From NCBI RefSeq assembly GCF_004010195.1, contig NC_057718.1:81291912-81355911 (forward strand): a stretch of DNA of 64,000 bases. The letters are read 5' to 3'. This document shows, one piece after another, positions 27,066 through 40,100 of this stretch. Under the pieces are notes generated by a model. The model had not been told where the DNA came from. It worked only from the letters and a program-made list of their open reading frames with translations, and ran no database searches. This DNA is from Chiloscyllium plagiosum (lineage: Eukaryota). The position numbers were made by a program, and so were the translations under genes. Numbering within the stretch: the stretch's first letter is position 1; every line of letters begins with the position of its first letter.

Positions 27066-27979
27066 CTCATGTTCTTTCTTCTTGTTACTAAATTCGCCCC
27101 ACAGGCTCAAAGTTATGAAATCTCAATAAAGAAACCAGAGCAAATGCCTGTCAGTTTTGGTTTCCTCTGAACAACCTCCACGTTGGAACCACTCATCAGT
27201 ATTTCAGGGTAATTTCCGTGAGCATCCAATGTGTGCCAACGTCTGAGAACCCTCATGACATGTCTTTGATCGACTTACAAGATGCCTTTGCACCTTGGGC
27301 TTCATCAGCAGCTACCACTGTAAAGCAGCAGCAAGGACTATTTGTGTTCAGGGACTTACACCCGTCTCATGGACTGGATCTGGCGACATCTTCAGGCTAT
27401 TTGCTTGCTGTCATATGCACACTCACTCTGAACCTACCTGGATGCTCACAGCATCCTTGACTTGTATTTCTTTGCTTCAACTTTTTTTTCTTCTTTGTCT
27501 CTCAACCTACTTAGCACAGACATAAAGCCAGGAAGTTTGTAATGGTTGTCACAAAGCATCAGTTTGGTAAAGGTGATGGCCTCCACTAAGGCGTTCCCGG
27601 TACAGTAAATCAAGCAGCATTTGATATAGGTCCAGGGCAAGCTCAGAGCAGTTATAGCTTGGCTTCTCTTCTCGTAAAGGGTGAAGAAATATATATCGTG
27701 CAGCCCATGTCCCATCTTGAGTCTTTCTGTGCTGTAGTTAGCTGCTTTCCTCCTGGAAAGAGAGAAAGGGGCAGCTATTACTGGAGATGAAAGTGAGTGA
27801 CACAAATGTTACCCCTGAGCAAGTGAGTAGCCAGCATAAAGAGCATACAGGGTTAGTGGTTTTGGGGTAGGTGACAGCAAGTGAGGGAAGGTGATAGCGA
27901 GAGAAAGCATAAGCCTTGTTAGGAGGAGGTTAGTGTCTGAGATTAAAGTGAGTGTGCGGCATCTGAGAGAAAATGGTGG

Positions 27980-28320
27980 CACTGGTACTTCTGCACACCG
28001 GTAAGATATTGCCTTACTTCCTCCTATGCTAGACATTCTACCACGTGGCTAAGACTGCTTTAATCTGTGTGGTAACTTTGAACCAGGCTGGCATGGTGCA
28101 GTGTTCTAGTCTCCACTGCTGGACTTGAAAGGGGAGACTTTGTTTTGGCACCACCCTATCCAGCAGTACTTCCGGAACCCTGCCTGCAAAGCAGATTGCT
28201 GATATTCTCCTGTCTGCCACATCCAAGGTGAACATCAGCAATTTTTCAGGGTAGTTCCACTGTGATAGTGCTTGTCTAGGTGCACCATTCAAAGATAGCA
28301 TGGGCACAGTGGATACCAGC
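27980..28320 (-). mobile_element. Possible PIF/Harbinger Myb/SANT-like ORF remnant
   Basis: AICFAGRVPEVLLDRVV...MPAWFKVTTQIKAVLATW loosely resembles the Harbinger DNA-binding protein pattern; heavily decayed. A similar remnant lies at about 38100-38290 (+). Confidence 0.4.
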
Positions 28321-28872
28321 GTTTGGTGGATATCTGTTTAATGACTAGTTGTTCCAGAAATAGTGTCTGATAAAATGGGGCTGAAATTGGACTTTTTTAG
28401 ACACCATAGAGGCATGGTAACTAATTATTGAGGGAAGATGGGTGTGATATGAGAGAACTTGCTGGACCCTGTGGCAAAAAACTCTGCAAAAAATATACAA
28501 TTTGGACTTAACCAAACAAGCATAAAATTCTGTTCAAAGTCTTTCTTCATTCTGTCAAAGGCATTTTATAAATGTTAAGTCATTATTTAGAATGTCCAAA
28601 AAAACTTTTAGTAAAATTCAGGTTAAAGATACCAGAGTAATTTCATCTTTTAATTTGAACTGATGTTAGTTCAGTTTGATATCAAATTCTTAATATTTTC
28701 TTATCTGACGTCATTCATGGATTTTTGAGAATGCTGCTTTTAAGGCAGTATGACAACAGAACCTTGGAAACCTGCTGCAGTGCCCTTAGGTACATAAAAT
28801 TACTTCAAACTTAACAGATTGATAAGTCAAACAGTCTCAACTGCATTCTAACTAAAGGTGAAATTTGATGTG

Positions 28873-29105
28873 CAGGAAATGTGTTTCTGGAAAAGCGCAG
28901 CAGGTCAGGCAGCATCCAGGGAACAGGAGAATCGACGTTTCGGGCATAAGCCCTTCTTCAGGAAATAAGCCCTTCTTCCTGAAGAAGGGCTTATGCCCGA
29001 AACGTCGATTCTCCTGTTCCCTGGATGCTGCCTGACCTGCTGCGCTTTTCCAGCAACACATTTCCAGCTCTGATCTCCAGCATCTGCAGACCTCACTTTC
29101 TCCTC
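28873..29105 (+). mobile_element. Young short Penelope-derived element: 90-bp inverted repeat with hammerhead cores and a 14-bp TSD
   Basis: Arms 28875-28964 and 28976-29065 differ at one position; TSD tgaaatttgatgtg at 28859-28872 and 29106-29119. Confidence 0.85.
28976..29010 (+). ncRNA. Minimal hammerhead ribozyme motif (Penelope type)
   Basis: CUGAAGA-a-GGGC-uuau-GCCC-GAAA-C-GUC; predicted cleavage after 29006; identical motif on the minus strand in the left arm. Stem I is short and activity is untested. Confidence 0.65.
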
Positions 29106-29441
29106 TGAAATTTGATGTGGCCATGCTGCTTTAGTATCAACTGATGAATCATTTCACCGTACAACAATAGCAAGTGGCAAGAGTAAAAAGATTTCTGTGA
29201 ACCACCTACTGATGGTAATGGCAAACCAGTTCTGTACCTTTGTCAAGAATATCCATGGACAAGATTGAAGTCCGTGATTGACCATGCCTTTTGAGGCCAT
29301 GGTATCTGGAGAGAGTGAGTGAGTGTGAATTCTATGATAATTAGTTCTAGATAATTTGACCTCTATTGTTTAGACTGGGAAAACTTGCCTTGTAGAAATC
29401 CCTTTGGTGAGAACGCTTTGAGGAATTGGGAATTTGGACTG

Positions 29442-29579
29442 GAAATCAGGTTTCCTGATGAAGGGCTTTTACCCGAAATGTCGATTCTCCTGCTCCTTCG
29501 ATGCTGCCTGACCTGCTGTGCTTTACCAGCACCACACTGTTGATTCTAATCTTCAGCATCTGCTGTCCTCACTTTCGCC
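29442..29579 (+). mobile_element. Short Penelope terminal-repeat element with a hammerhead core (29455-29482)
   Basis: CTGATGA AGGGC TTTT ACCC GAAA TGTC; 11-bp TSD aatttggactg at 29431-29441 and 29580-29590. Confidence 0.8.
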
Positions 29580-30281
29580 AATTTGGACTGTATTCTTGGC
29601 CAACCACAGACTGCTAGACCAATAAATAAAATAGCATTAACTTCAATTGCCAGCACAACGCTTTGAAAATTTGGTGTTGGTTTAAAACAAAATATAGACT
29701 TAAAAAATGATATTAGTAAAAGTGATATAATGAAACAAAGAATTATGAATTCTAGAGATCTGAAACAAACAAAAACAAATTGCTGGGGAAACTCAGTAGT
29801 TCTGGCAGCATCTGGGGAGAGAAAACAGAGTTCAGTGAAGAAAGGTCATTGGACTCAATGTAAACCTCTCTCTCCACAGATGTTGCCAGACCTGCTGAGC
29901 TTCTTCTGTAAAAGTGACCCTTTTACTCGAGTTAATATTTAACCAAAGAATGGTAAACATTTAAGATTTTATTTTTGTATTTGCAGAGGTAACAAAACCA
30001 ATTATTCATATAACTTTTTTTACAGCTTAATCTGCCAGCCATATGCATCCCAAGATGAAAAATTGTAGCATTTAGATTATGTTGCCTCTCCATTTCTCAG
30101 AATTTGCACTAGTCACACAAATCCTCATTAAATTGCATTTGCCATGCCTGTCCATTTCACTGGTGTGTCTGTCCCCACTTGAAGTTTGGAATTATCACAA
30201 TTTTAAGTTTTATATGATCTGTGAACTTTGACATGAATTTGTATATAGAATATATTGTCACTAAAATATGCCTGTAGACTA

Positions 30282-30373
30282 TTTGGGGCTCCCTTTTATG
30301 TTAGCTGCTATTTTTTCCCTATCCGTTTTTGGGGCTCCCTTTTATGTTAGCTGCTATTTTTTCCCTATCAGTT
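30282..30373. repeat. 46-bp tandem duplication (2 copies)
   Basis: tttggggctcccttttatgttagctgctattttttccctatc(c/a)gtt twice, one mismatch. Confidence 0.95.
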
Positions 30374-30899
30374 TTTCCATTAAACACTCTGTATCTTGTC
30401 TGTTTCAGCTGTATTCTGTACTCAAAATTTGTCATAACCCCTGTTTTTCTGTTTAATTTTGACTTCTATTAGTTTGTCATTGAAGGAGTTTTAGGCGTGA
30501 GTGCATTATCGTTCCTCCTTGGGTTAATATGCTGAATCCAAACCATTTCTACAGTGCAAGACTGTCTCAAATCAATCTTTTCAAACGTGAAATTTTGTTT
30601 AATACGTACAAGTGTCATTTTTTTATATTAGTTTTGTATTGCAAAGTTGGTAGGCTTCATGCATTTATATAGTCAGTTTGATTTGATATTCAGAGAAGAT
30701 AATTCATTGACAGCTTTAATAGAGATCAACATCAGGCCTAGAGTCTTAGCAGTGCCTCTGTCTGTACTCCCAGGCTGCAGCCTGGTGTCGAAGGGCTTAC
30801 CAGTCCTCCAGTCAGCTTCTCAGTTTGACTGTATTGTGGACAAGACCAAACACCCTCAAAATATGTACAGAAAATCGTCTAAATCCTCACTTTTTCTTA

Positions 30900-31500
30900 T
30901 TTTACAGGTAACTGTAAGGTGTTGCATTCCAAGTGCAATTCAATTGGTCAAACGACTCAACACTACTTAAAACACACTTTATTCATACACTATTGGTAAA
31001 ATAGAACAAAAGAGAATAAATTGGAACAACTTAACGTTATTAGAACATTTAATAGAACAATAGATTATTCTATGACTAAAAAGTAACTGTTCCAATATAG
31101 TAACATCACCAAAACATACCTTTGGCAAAGGCAAATTCAGAAACTTTGACTGTCTCACAGGCAATTTTGCAGCCCAAGAGGAAAAACATAAAGAGAAAAC
31201 TCAAAGAGTGAAAGAGAGAGAGAAATTAGTAGGGAGAGACATACTGCAGCTTCCACCCAGCTTCAAGACCCAGCAATTGCTACACCTGAAAACCAAAAAC
31301 TAAAAATCTTGGTTCTGTGGGAGCTTAACCCCAACCATTGAGGTTGTTCTGTTGTTCCAATTCTTCAAAAAAAAAACCCCAAGGCTTCATCAGCTGTTTA
31401 ATTTAAGGGATTTCAATAAACACTCGAAACCTCTGCTTTAAAACTCCTCTTCAAAACAAAACCAGGATGAAATACTCTTCAAGCCATAGTATTGTTAAAA
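30900..31500 (-). mobile_element. LTR-like repeat, paralog of 54860-56262 in the opposite orientation
   Basis: Shares cctgtgagaca...tttgccaa...gatgttactatattggaacagtta with the 55.2/56.0-kb copy. Confidence 0.6.
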
Positions 31501-34500
31501 CTGGCTGAAACCAGGAAGTGGAGATAAACTATTAACCCATTCTTCTGGGGTTTTTGATTATTAAACAGCTCTTGTTTTCCATTCCTGATCCAATATCACA
31601 GTACTTGCCTCTGAATGCTTCTCACGTTCTACAAGCCATTCTATTTGCCTTCATATACATTTGCTGCCGTTGACTAAGTATCGAGAACCTCTGAAATTTC
31701 TCCCTAAACCCTTACCCTTTCCTCCTTTTGAAACCTTTATGAAATTCTATTCCAGTGACTAAACTTTATGGTCTCCGTTCCACTGATTTGGTAGCCCCAC
31801 AGAGCACCTGACAATATTGAAGATGCGATGTTAATGCAAGTTGTTGGTCGAGTTTTTCTTCTGTCCAGAGTTTGTTTAACAACTCCATGATTTTAAAAAA
31901 ATGAGTTCTCAGTTCAAAGCTCCTGAACAACACTTTTTTTTTCAGTTTAAAAGTCTTTTACATTGATCTCTCCCCTTTTATTATCCGATTTTTCTCAATC
32001 TCTTCAAATCTCTCAAAGTATGCAGTCAGACTGTGTGTTCCTATGGATGGAGATAACAGTTAAATTGTGATAAAGAAGTATGAGAAAGTATGCATATTAT
32101 GTGAAGATAATAACTAATCTGAAATTAGGGATCTTTGTGGAGCTGGATTTCATATAAAGAGTAACTTTGAATATTAATTACTTTATGTAAAGCTACTTAA
32201 AAAGTATGCTTCACAGAAGATTTTCCAAATTATAATACTGCACTTCTGACTTTCCACCCATTTTCCTTTTAAAAGATTCATGCTAGGCAATTTTGCTACT
32301 TTCTTGGCAACCTTCTCCTGATTTTGTTTTTATTCTTAATGTACTCCTTGAGTGTTGACATGTTTTCAATTAGTATGGACCATTCAAAGCGGCTTGGATC
32401 TTCCAATCCCAGTGAACACGCAAACTTCTGCTGTTGTGATGTATATCAGAATTGGAAATTCTGAAGATCTGACTAGTCTGGAAACTGAAATCTGTGGTTT
32501 ACTTGATGTGATTCTATGGGAACCTGTGCTGATGGCATCCTTGGAACCAGTTAGAACATAATTTTTTTTAAAAATGCGCTAATCAGGTCTCGCAGCATCA
32601 ATGGAGAGAAACTTAGAGTTGACATTTTGCGTGCAGTGTGACTCTTCTTTGGCCATTTTCTATTGAACTTCCCTACATTTTTGCATTGATTTATTACAGT
32701 TATTCCAAGCAGACTTAAAGCCTTCTGGATGCAGCCCCTTAAATTGGAGGAATGTCTTCACACTTCCTTTAGCCTCTGTGTGTGGGAAAGGTTAAATTGT
32801 AATTGAAATGCAGTCTGCAGTGTGTGCCACAGCTTCACTTTTGGGTGGAAGATCCGGGCCAATGTCATCCTAGTCTCATTATCCCACAGTCATACATTTA
32901 AATTTGGTGGACAAACTTGGTTTGGTTTTCCTCCATAGTCTTCCACTTGGGAATTTTCACAGGAAGACATGTAATGAATACAGCCAGTGGCCATGTTAAA
33001 AATGTTCAACAGATTATCATTAAATGAATCCTTGGTGGGCATGGAGGTTAAGATTTGTGTCAGGTTTTTCAAATGTCTTATTGTTTTGGAGGCAGTGTGA
33101 GGAAAAGGAGTTAGCAAAAAAAAAGCACATCCAGTGTTGCCACCTACGTCCAATTCAAGCTAACTTGTAGCTCCAGCCTACACTGTAGTTGATTCTCAAT
33201 GTCCTCTGAAGTGGCTTCATGTGCCTTGCAGTAATAAATATTGCTACAAAATTCAACAAAAATAAGAAAATTGGATAGTCTTAATGGTGGTCTGCAATCC
33301 AGAGTCATATCAGTAAAAGACTAAAGCCAGTTCAAACAAAAATACCTGAAATATTCCTCAATTTAAAATAATTATCATTTTTCCACATTTGCCCTTTCTA
33401 AATACATAAAGCATAATTCCTACTGTTGCAGGATTTAAAAATTGGTTGAATGCTAATGCATGGAGACATAATATGTAAGGCTTGTGGTAGTCACAAGATT
33501 TAATGGAATCCAGAGATCTTCATCGCTGTACAATTCAACATTTTGTTGACGTTGTGCTGTATGATGTTGTTTCAGATGGTCGGCACGTACCAAATTAAAA
33601 TTATATTTGAATTCCTTAGACACAGTAGGCAATTTATCATGGAGTTTTTATTTAGGTGCAGTGGCATAGAATGTTACATGACTATAGTCACCTTTAAGGT
33701 AGTCGTAATCATTACCAATTTATACTTCAGTGCATTTATGTTCATTGAATATATAAGGTACTCAATATAACTTGTTTTAAAAGTGTGAACTTATTGTTTG
33801 AGAATTCACTAGTATTTGTGTTTCCTCTCGCATGCAACTAATGTAATCATGGGAAAAATATTTCCCACTTGGAAGTATTCTACACATGTTTTTGGGGATT
33901 TTCTACTGTGAATATGGCCACATTAGCAAATGTTGCATTTAATTTGCCATAAGTAAGAGTGCTGCTCTTTGTCAATGATAGGAGCTGCAGGATGGGCAGA
34001 ATGTTCAATATAGTTTACTGTTGTACATACTGTGTGAATTTGATATTTTCATAACTCTGTTGCTTCCAAAGTTTACAACCAAATAAAAAATGAAGAGATA
34101 TTGTCTCTTAAAATGATCCCATATTGTACTATAATTTTATTCATATTGTGTTTATTAATGCTGATTTGAAATTTCAGATGGAATGCTGAGTCATTTAAGT
34201 TGTTTGGCTATATATTGAGTTAAATAATGCCATTTATGTAAGATCTTTTAATTTAAATAAATTATTAGTATTAACTTTATCCGTGTCATTTCTATTGTTA
34301 ATATCAATGCAGCCACATTTTGTAACACACATAATTAACCTCCATGCTAAATTACAATATGTACGGGCATTCTGTTTTTCTGTATTTCTATGTTTCAGCA
34401 ACTGTGCATTACTGAATTGTTTATTTTTCCTTAAAAGTATTGGGAAATACAACATTAAATTCCTTGGAGACTGGTAAGTATTTGCAAATGACACACATTT

Positions 34501-35649
34501 TGCTCCATTTTCGTAATTAGTTTTGTGATGAGGTGACAAGTTGAGACTTTGTAAAATCATAATTGTACCAGGTAACTGTTTGCTGTGTAGGTCATTGAGA
34601 GAGCAGATAGCATTGTGCTGCTTCAAATATTCACTGGTGATTTCTGATAATTTTATAATCTTGTGCAATCATGCACTGCCATGTTTCATTTTAATTTTAA
34701 TGCTGAGTCAAATATACTAGGGTGTAGCTACAGACATCACTTTTTGGAGCATGGTTCCAGCCATTAGTACAATAACTATGAAATGGTGTTCAGTTTGGGA
34801 TCCTGTCATGTAATGTATCATTACTAAAAACTGCTGATGGTAGTTGATTCTGCCCAGTTGTGGCCACTTTGGTAAGATTTTTAGAGAAGTTCTATTGTGA
34901 TTTATATTGCTGTATTTGCATTTGATCTCTATCATTTATTAAACATTGGCTAATTCCACAAGCCCTGCAGCTTCTGCTCGATTAGTGAAACTGTACACTT
35001 TCATTGCAGCTACTTCAATCTGTAACAATCTTAACAAATAATGCCTTTAAGCATGTTTTTAATGTTAATTAGTTATGCACATAGATTAGATATATCAAGA
35101 GTTATTGTAGAAAGGACACAATGTTTGAGTATTCACTGTTTCATATGCACACATTAAAATAATGCATGGTGTTACCCTTCATGTACATTGTGTTGAGTTA
35201 GCTACATATATTCACTACCACACTTGGCTGGAAAATAAGGACAACAATTTTGAAAATTTTCTAGACAGAATTACTTAAAAACAATGTAATTATTCAATGT
35301 TTTAGGCTTAACTAATTCAAATAAATTATTTGAGTCATCATTTGAGGATAGTCTGGATATTTTCATTTACTGATTTCTAAATCCGTTCAAAAATGTATTC
35401 CTTGTTTGAGATTCAGATGCTGTCTAACTTATGTTTAGTGATTTTAATTTCATTGTACTTTGCCATTTGAGTTTCATTTTGTGGTGTATATCTATTCCCT
35501 GATTAATAACATCCTGACTAACTTGACTTCTTGTTTACTTTTTGCTTTAAACTAAATTCATATTGTTATTTTCTTTAAATTAGCTACTGCTCACTGTTAG
35601 TGCCAGAATTATTTATATTTGGCCTCATGAACAGTTTTTTTTAGACAAA

Positions 35650-35882
35650 TGTAATTATTCTGAAATAACTCCACAGAGGCGGGTATCCCATCACCAAGTC
35701 ACCCTTTATTTACAGATGCATAGTACTTGACACTGGTCCGGCTTCTTTAGAACCAGCTCTCAGACAACAGAACCTCTGACACTCCTGTCAGCCAGGATTC
35801 CCTGATTGAGTCTGTTAACCTGGTCCAATCAGGGAATTCATTATATGAGGTTCACTTGGCTGACCTCGTTACAATCTCTAGA
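35650..35882. mobile_element. Short solo-LTR-like repeat (about 230 bp); second copy at 52335-52553
   Basis: Both copies share actccacaga..catc(a/c)caagtcaccctttatttaca...gtccaa(t/c)cagggaa; this copy starts tgt and the second copy ends actaca. Confidence 0.6.
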
Positions 35883-36824
35883 ATTCAAAATAAAACTATA
35901 TTGATGATGCATTAAGTTTAAACTAAGCAGAAAGCATGATAACAGAATTTGCTAACATATTGGTATGAGAAAAAAAGGTAACTATTACTCAAAATAAATA
36001 CAGAAGAGGGAATTAAATATAGTTTAACCAGGTACATCTTTGCCATCTCACAATCTGAGTCTAAAATGAATCTGAAGCTTTGCCCTCTACTACTGTACCC
36101 AAAATACCACTACAGGTGTTGATCACATGTCAATTCAAGAAGAGGCAGTAGCTTTGGATAATTTCGCAACAAACTGCACTATAAAATATGAGTTTTTTCT
36201 TTTGGGTTAGCTCAAATCCCTATCAAGATTTTTTTTCTTTTAAGAGCTAGTGGAATGTTGGATCCATAGTCTTTCTGTTGTCGGGCTTCTAATGATTTAG
36301 ACTTTTTCCCTACATTTATCAGACAGGGGTATTTTATTTTTCTCCTTTCCCTTGCCTGATGGTCCCATCTGCCAAAAAGAGGCAACATAAAATTTAGCCC
36401 AAATTGATCTTGTCTTAATTGTAGTGCAGTTTTATGAATTTCCCTTGAGTTTACCCAAAGTGTGATGGCACCCATCCATGGATAAAATTATCCTTTTGAT
36501 CTTTTCAACTGTTATTGAGCTCTGAATTTAGAACTTTAATATTTGGCATGCATCAATACATATCTAATAGGTTTAAATGAACACTAAAAGATTCTTACCA
36601 GACAATCTGGATTTTGCAGATCTTTGTTTTTCTCAACCTTCTCCAGATCTCTTACTGCACTCCCTTTTGCTATCTTCTTCCTTTATGCCTCCTAACAAAT
36701 CTCCTTGTTCTCTCCTTCACACTCCACCCACTCCTCATGACTCAGTCAGTAACTCTCACCACTGAACAAGTACAAGGTTTAGTTCTCACTTCAGTGCCGC
36801 GCACAGACAGTGCTGCATATAAAT

Positions 36825-37300
36825 ATAGGATCATATGAATTAGGAGTACAGTATTTGAGAGATTATGGCAGATCTAATTGTGGTCTCAATTCCACTTTGC
36901 TGCATAGACCCAGTATATTAAATTCTGCACGAGCATTTGAGTCTATATCTACCTTAAAAATATTCAATTATGTGCCTCCACCATTCTTTGGAAGAAAAGA
37001 GTTCCACAGACTTATAACCCTCAGAGAAAAAAAAGTCTCATCTCTGTTGTAAATGGGAGACTCTTTATTTCTAAATTGTGCCTCCTCATTCTCGTCTCTC
37101 ACAGTACAGGAAGCATCTTTTCAGCATCAACCTTTTAAAGTTCCCTCAAGAACTTCTGTTTTGACAAGATCACTGTTCTTTCTTCTGAACTTCAATTCGT
37201 ACATCTCCAACTTGTCTAACCTTTTGTCATATGACAGACCTCTGATCACAAGAACCTGTCATGAATCTTTTTTGCTCTGCTAAATAAATTAAATCCTTTC
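36825..37300 (-). mobile_element. Old CR1 3' fragment
   Basis: Reverse-strand CR1 3' region similar to 350-830. Confidence 0.65.
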
Positions 37301-39864
37301 TTAACTAAAACAACTAACGCTCAAAATTCACAAATCTCCCCTATAAGCCCCAATCATGGGTGCAACCAATTAGAGAAAGATTGCCCTCATATGTCGAGCT
37401 GACAGAACCTGAGAAGTGCTGCTCCTTCAATCCAAAGCTACTTCTCTCTTTTTCAGCTGATAGGCATGTCGTGAGCCTGTTGGTGACAAATCCAGAGAGA
37501 AACAACCTGTGATTGGAGCAGTGTGGAAGAGGTCACTGGCGATAGTAATGTTGCGGAGACATGAAGTTGGGGTGTGAGAAACAAGCTAAGACTTTTTGTG
37601 GAGGGAGGGGAGTGTTGAAACTGGGAGTCATGATGCCGGGTTCAGGAGAATGCAAATAAAAGACTGACTTGGCGGGGATAGCGTATCTAGGGTCAGAATG
37701 CAGTTGAACAAGGCTTGGGAAAAAAATTGAGGTGTGGAAGAAAGCACAAAAAGGAAATATGACAGGCTCCAAAGTGGAGAAAGTGAAGAGCTGAAAAAGA
37801 GGAGAAGTAACAAGCAGCAAAGGATGGTGGAAATGAGGGCTCACAGGTTTTCTTCGCACATCTTACCCAACTTGCCCAATTATTGACCTACCCTGCCATT
37901 GTGGAGACATTTCATCTGATTTTAGCCCCATTCTCTCACTCGATGTACCTGGAACAATTTGCCCACTGCCAGAATATCTTGCAATGGCCTGACATCCCTG
38001 ATCACAGCACCATCTTCAAAGATCCATTGTACATCCTGACAAGCAATGTTAGATTGGACCTGCTATACGCAATTCGTGACATTTGCCATGGACATGGCAG
38101 AGAAGAGAAAATAAGCACCCTTGTTTAAGGCAGGAAACTGGAGGTGATGCAAATCTGTGATTTGGAGTGGTGCATAGGTGAGACACTCCTATGCCCTCCA
38201 AGATGCGACAGAGGAAGCTATGAGATAAGTTCCTGCTACCCTGGACAGTACAGTCTCAGTCATTTGTAGGACATGGTAAATGACATTTTCCATTCCACGA
38301 GCATAAATGCCACTATCTTCTCTTCGATACCCCTCTCATCCGATATCGCTGCTGCACAACACACTTCATATCAAGGCTCACTCACTATTATTTGTAATGT
38401 CATCTCTGACTTGCCATCACTCGTCCCAGTCCTCAACTGTATTTATCTTGCACGTCCTCTGTGTTGTATGCTCACTCACTTAGGACTTCTCCCCACCTGC
38501 ATCACAAGTAAAATCTGTGCCACCCATCTCCATCTCCCTTAGTACCTGACTCCCCTCTCTCATTCCAGGAGGAAAACAACAGTGCAGAAAGAGTCAAAAT
38601 GGGTAATTGCCTGTTTGACATTCCACTCTTCATCCCTTAGGAGGAGAAGATGCTATTTCTGGCTGGCATAATTGGCTGACTGACTGTGTACAAGCCCCTG
38701 AACTGTTATTGGCAGTTGCCCTTGACTTGCCATGTTTTACAGAGTTTTGGGATCTAATGTAGTCAATCAACAATTTATGGAAATTTTCTGATAGCTCATT
38801 GAGCAGCAACGATTTAGATATAGTACAATAGTTAATTAGGCAAAGAAAGGAAATATACAACCCTGACAGATGAGAATGTTTTACCGATCCCAGAGCCAGT
38901 CTGTAGAATGAGGAGTAGAAACAGATTGTTTCCACAACCCAGTGAATGATCTCTGCATGAATGAACAATGCATGCTTGAACAACAGACATTGATTCACTT
39001 CATAGTGGTGAAGGTGGTTCAGAAGTAACTTATTACAAGTGATGTATATTTAATGCAGTCCCACAGACTGCAAAGCAAAACGTGATAGCAGAGTCAGAGG
39101 TCCCAGTACCATGACAAGCTTGGAGTTACACTAATTATTATGATTACATTTATCCAAGCATCTCCCTTTAAATTGAAAAAAAGTGTTATTATTTGCAGTT
39201 ACAAATGATCAAAGTTACCTAATATATTTGGTAACAAAGAAAATTATAATTCACTAATAAAATATGTTGATTTTAGTAAATTCTACTTCCATCGGTCTCT
39301 GCCCAGACATTGCATTCATAATCTTTGAAATGGTGCTGATGCACAGTATATGTGTACTTTGTTTACTGTTGGTCTGATGCTTGCTTGTTCCTAGATGTAT
39401 ATTCCTCTATGGGAAGTTTTGTTCCTAAGGCGAATGCTGTTGCCCCATTTTCATTGCTGGGTAACTGTGGACTTGTGAAATTGGTGGTCCTTTGTGCGAT
39501 GTGCAGGTGGTAAGATAACAACTTCTTGATCAGTTGCCTGTAGTGTGAGCAAGCTTCACAAGTTGTAAATTGATGACTGCAGTTGCAATTATCTATCTGG
39601 CCATTCACGTTTACTGTTTAGAATCAAGGTAATAACTGATCAGCACAGTCCCAAGCTGCCATGTAGAGTGATTTTGTTGGGATCATAGAATGTTTACACT
39701 CTAACTGGCACTCCAGTGTTCACCTTCGAAATGACTTGGTAGTTTCATGAGAGTTAAAGTCGGCTTTCTGTTGTTTCACCCTGATATTGTCTTCCACACC
39801 TGCTATTACTTCTAGCTTCAGTCAGTTTTTTTGCATTTGGAAGAGTAATTTGGGTGTGTAGGAC

Positions 39865-40100
39865 CATAGAATCTCTACAGTGTGGTAGCAGGCCATTCAG
39901 CCCATCAAGTCCACACTAACCTCCGAAGAGCATCCCACCCAGACCCACTCCATCTCTGTAACACTGTTTCCCATAGCTAATCTACCTAGCCTGCACATCT
40001 TTGGACTGTGGGAAGAAACCCACACAGACACACTGTGCAAACTCCACACAGTTGTCTGAGGGTAGAGTTGAGGGAGCAATTCTAACCACTGAACAACAGT
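39865..40100 (-). mobile_element. HE1-like SINE
   Basis: ctgcacatctttggactgtgggaagaaacc...aaactccacaca. Confidence 0.8.

Noticed and set aside
28875..29065. miRNA precursor or MITE
   Set aside because: The arms are Penelope terminal-repeat sequence found singly elsewhere in the window; the element is asymmetric and has a long retro-type TSD
30282..30373. CRISPR-like or functional repeat array
   Set aside because: Two adjacent copies without spacers in eukaryotic DNA; a simple tandem duplication
34234..34668. 144-aa minus-strand ORF, and similar 100-140-aa ORFs such as 52657-53073 and 38630-38998
   Set aside because: No recognisable domain, mostly non-ATG starts, consistent with chance ORFs
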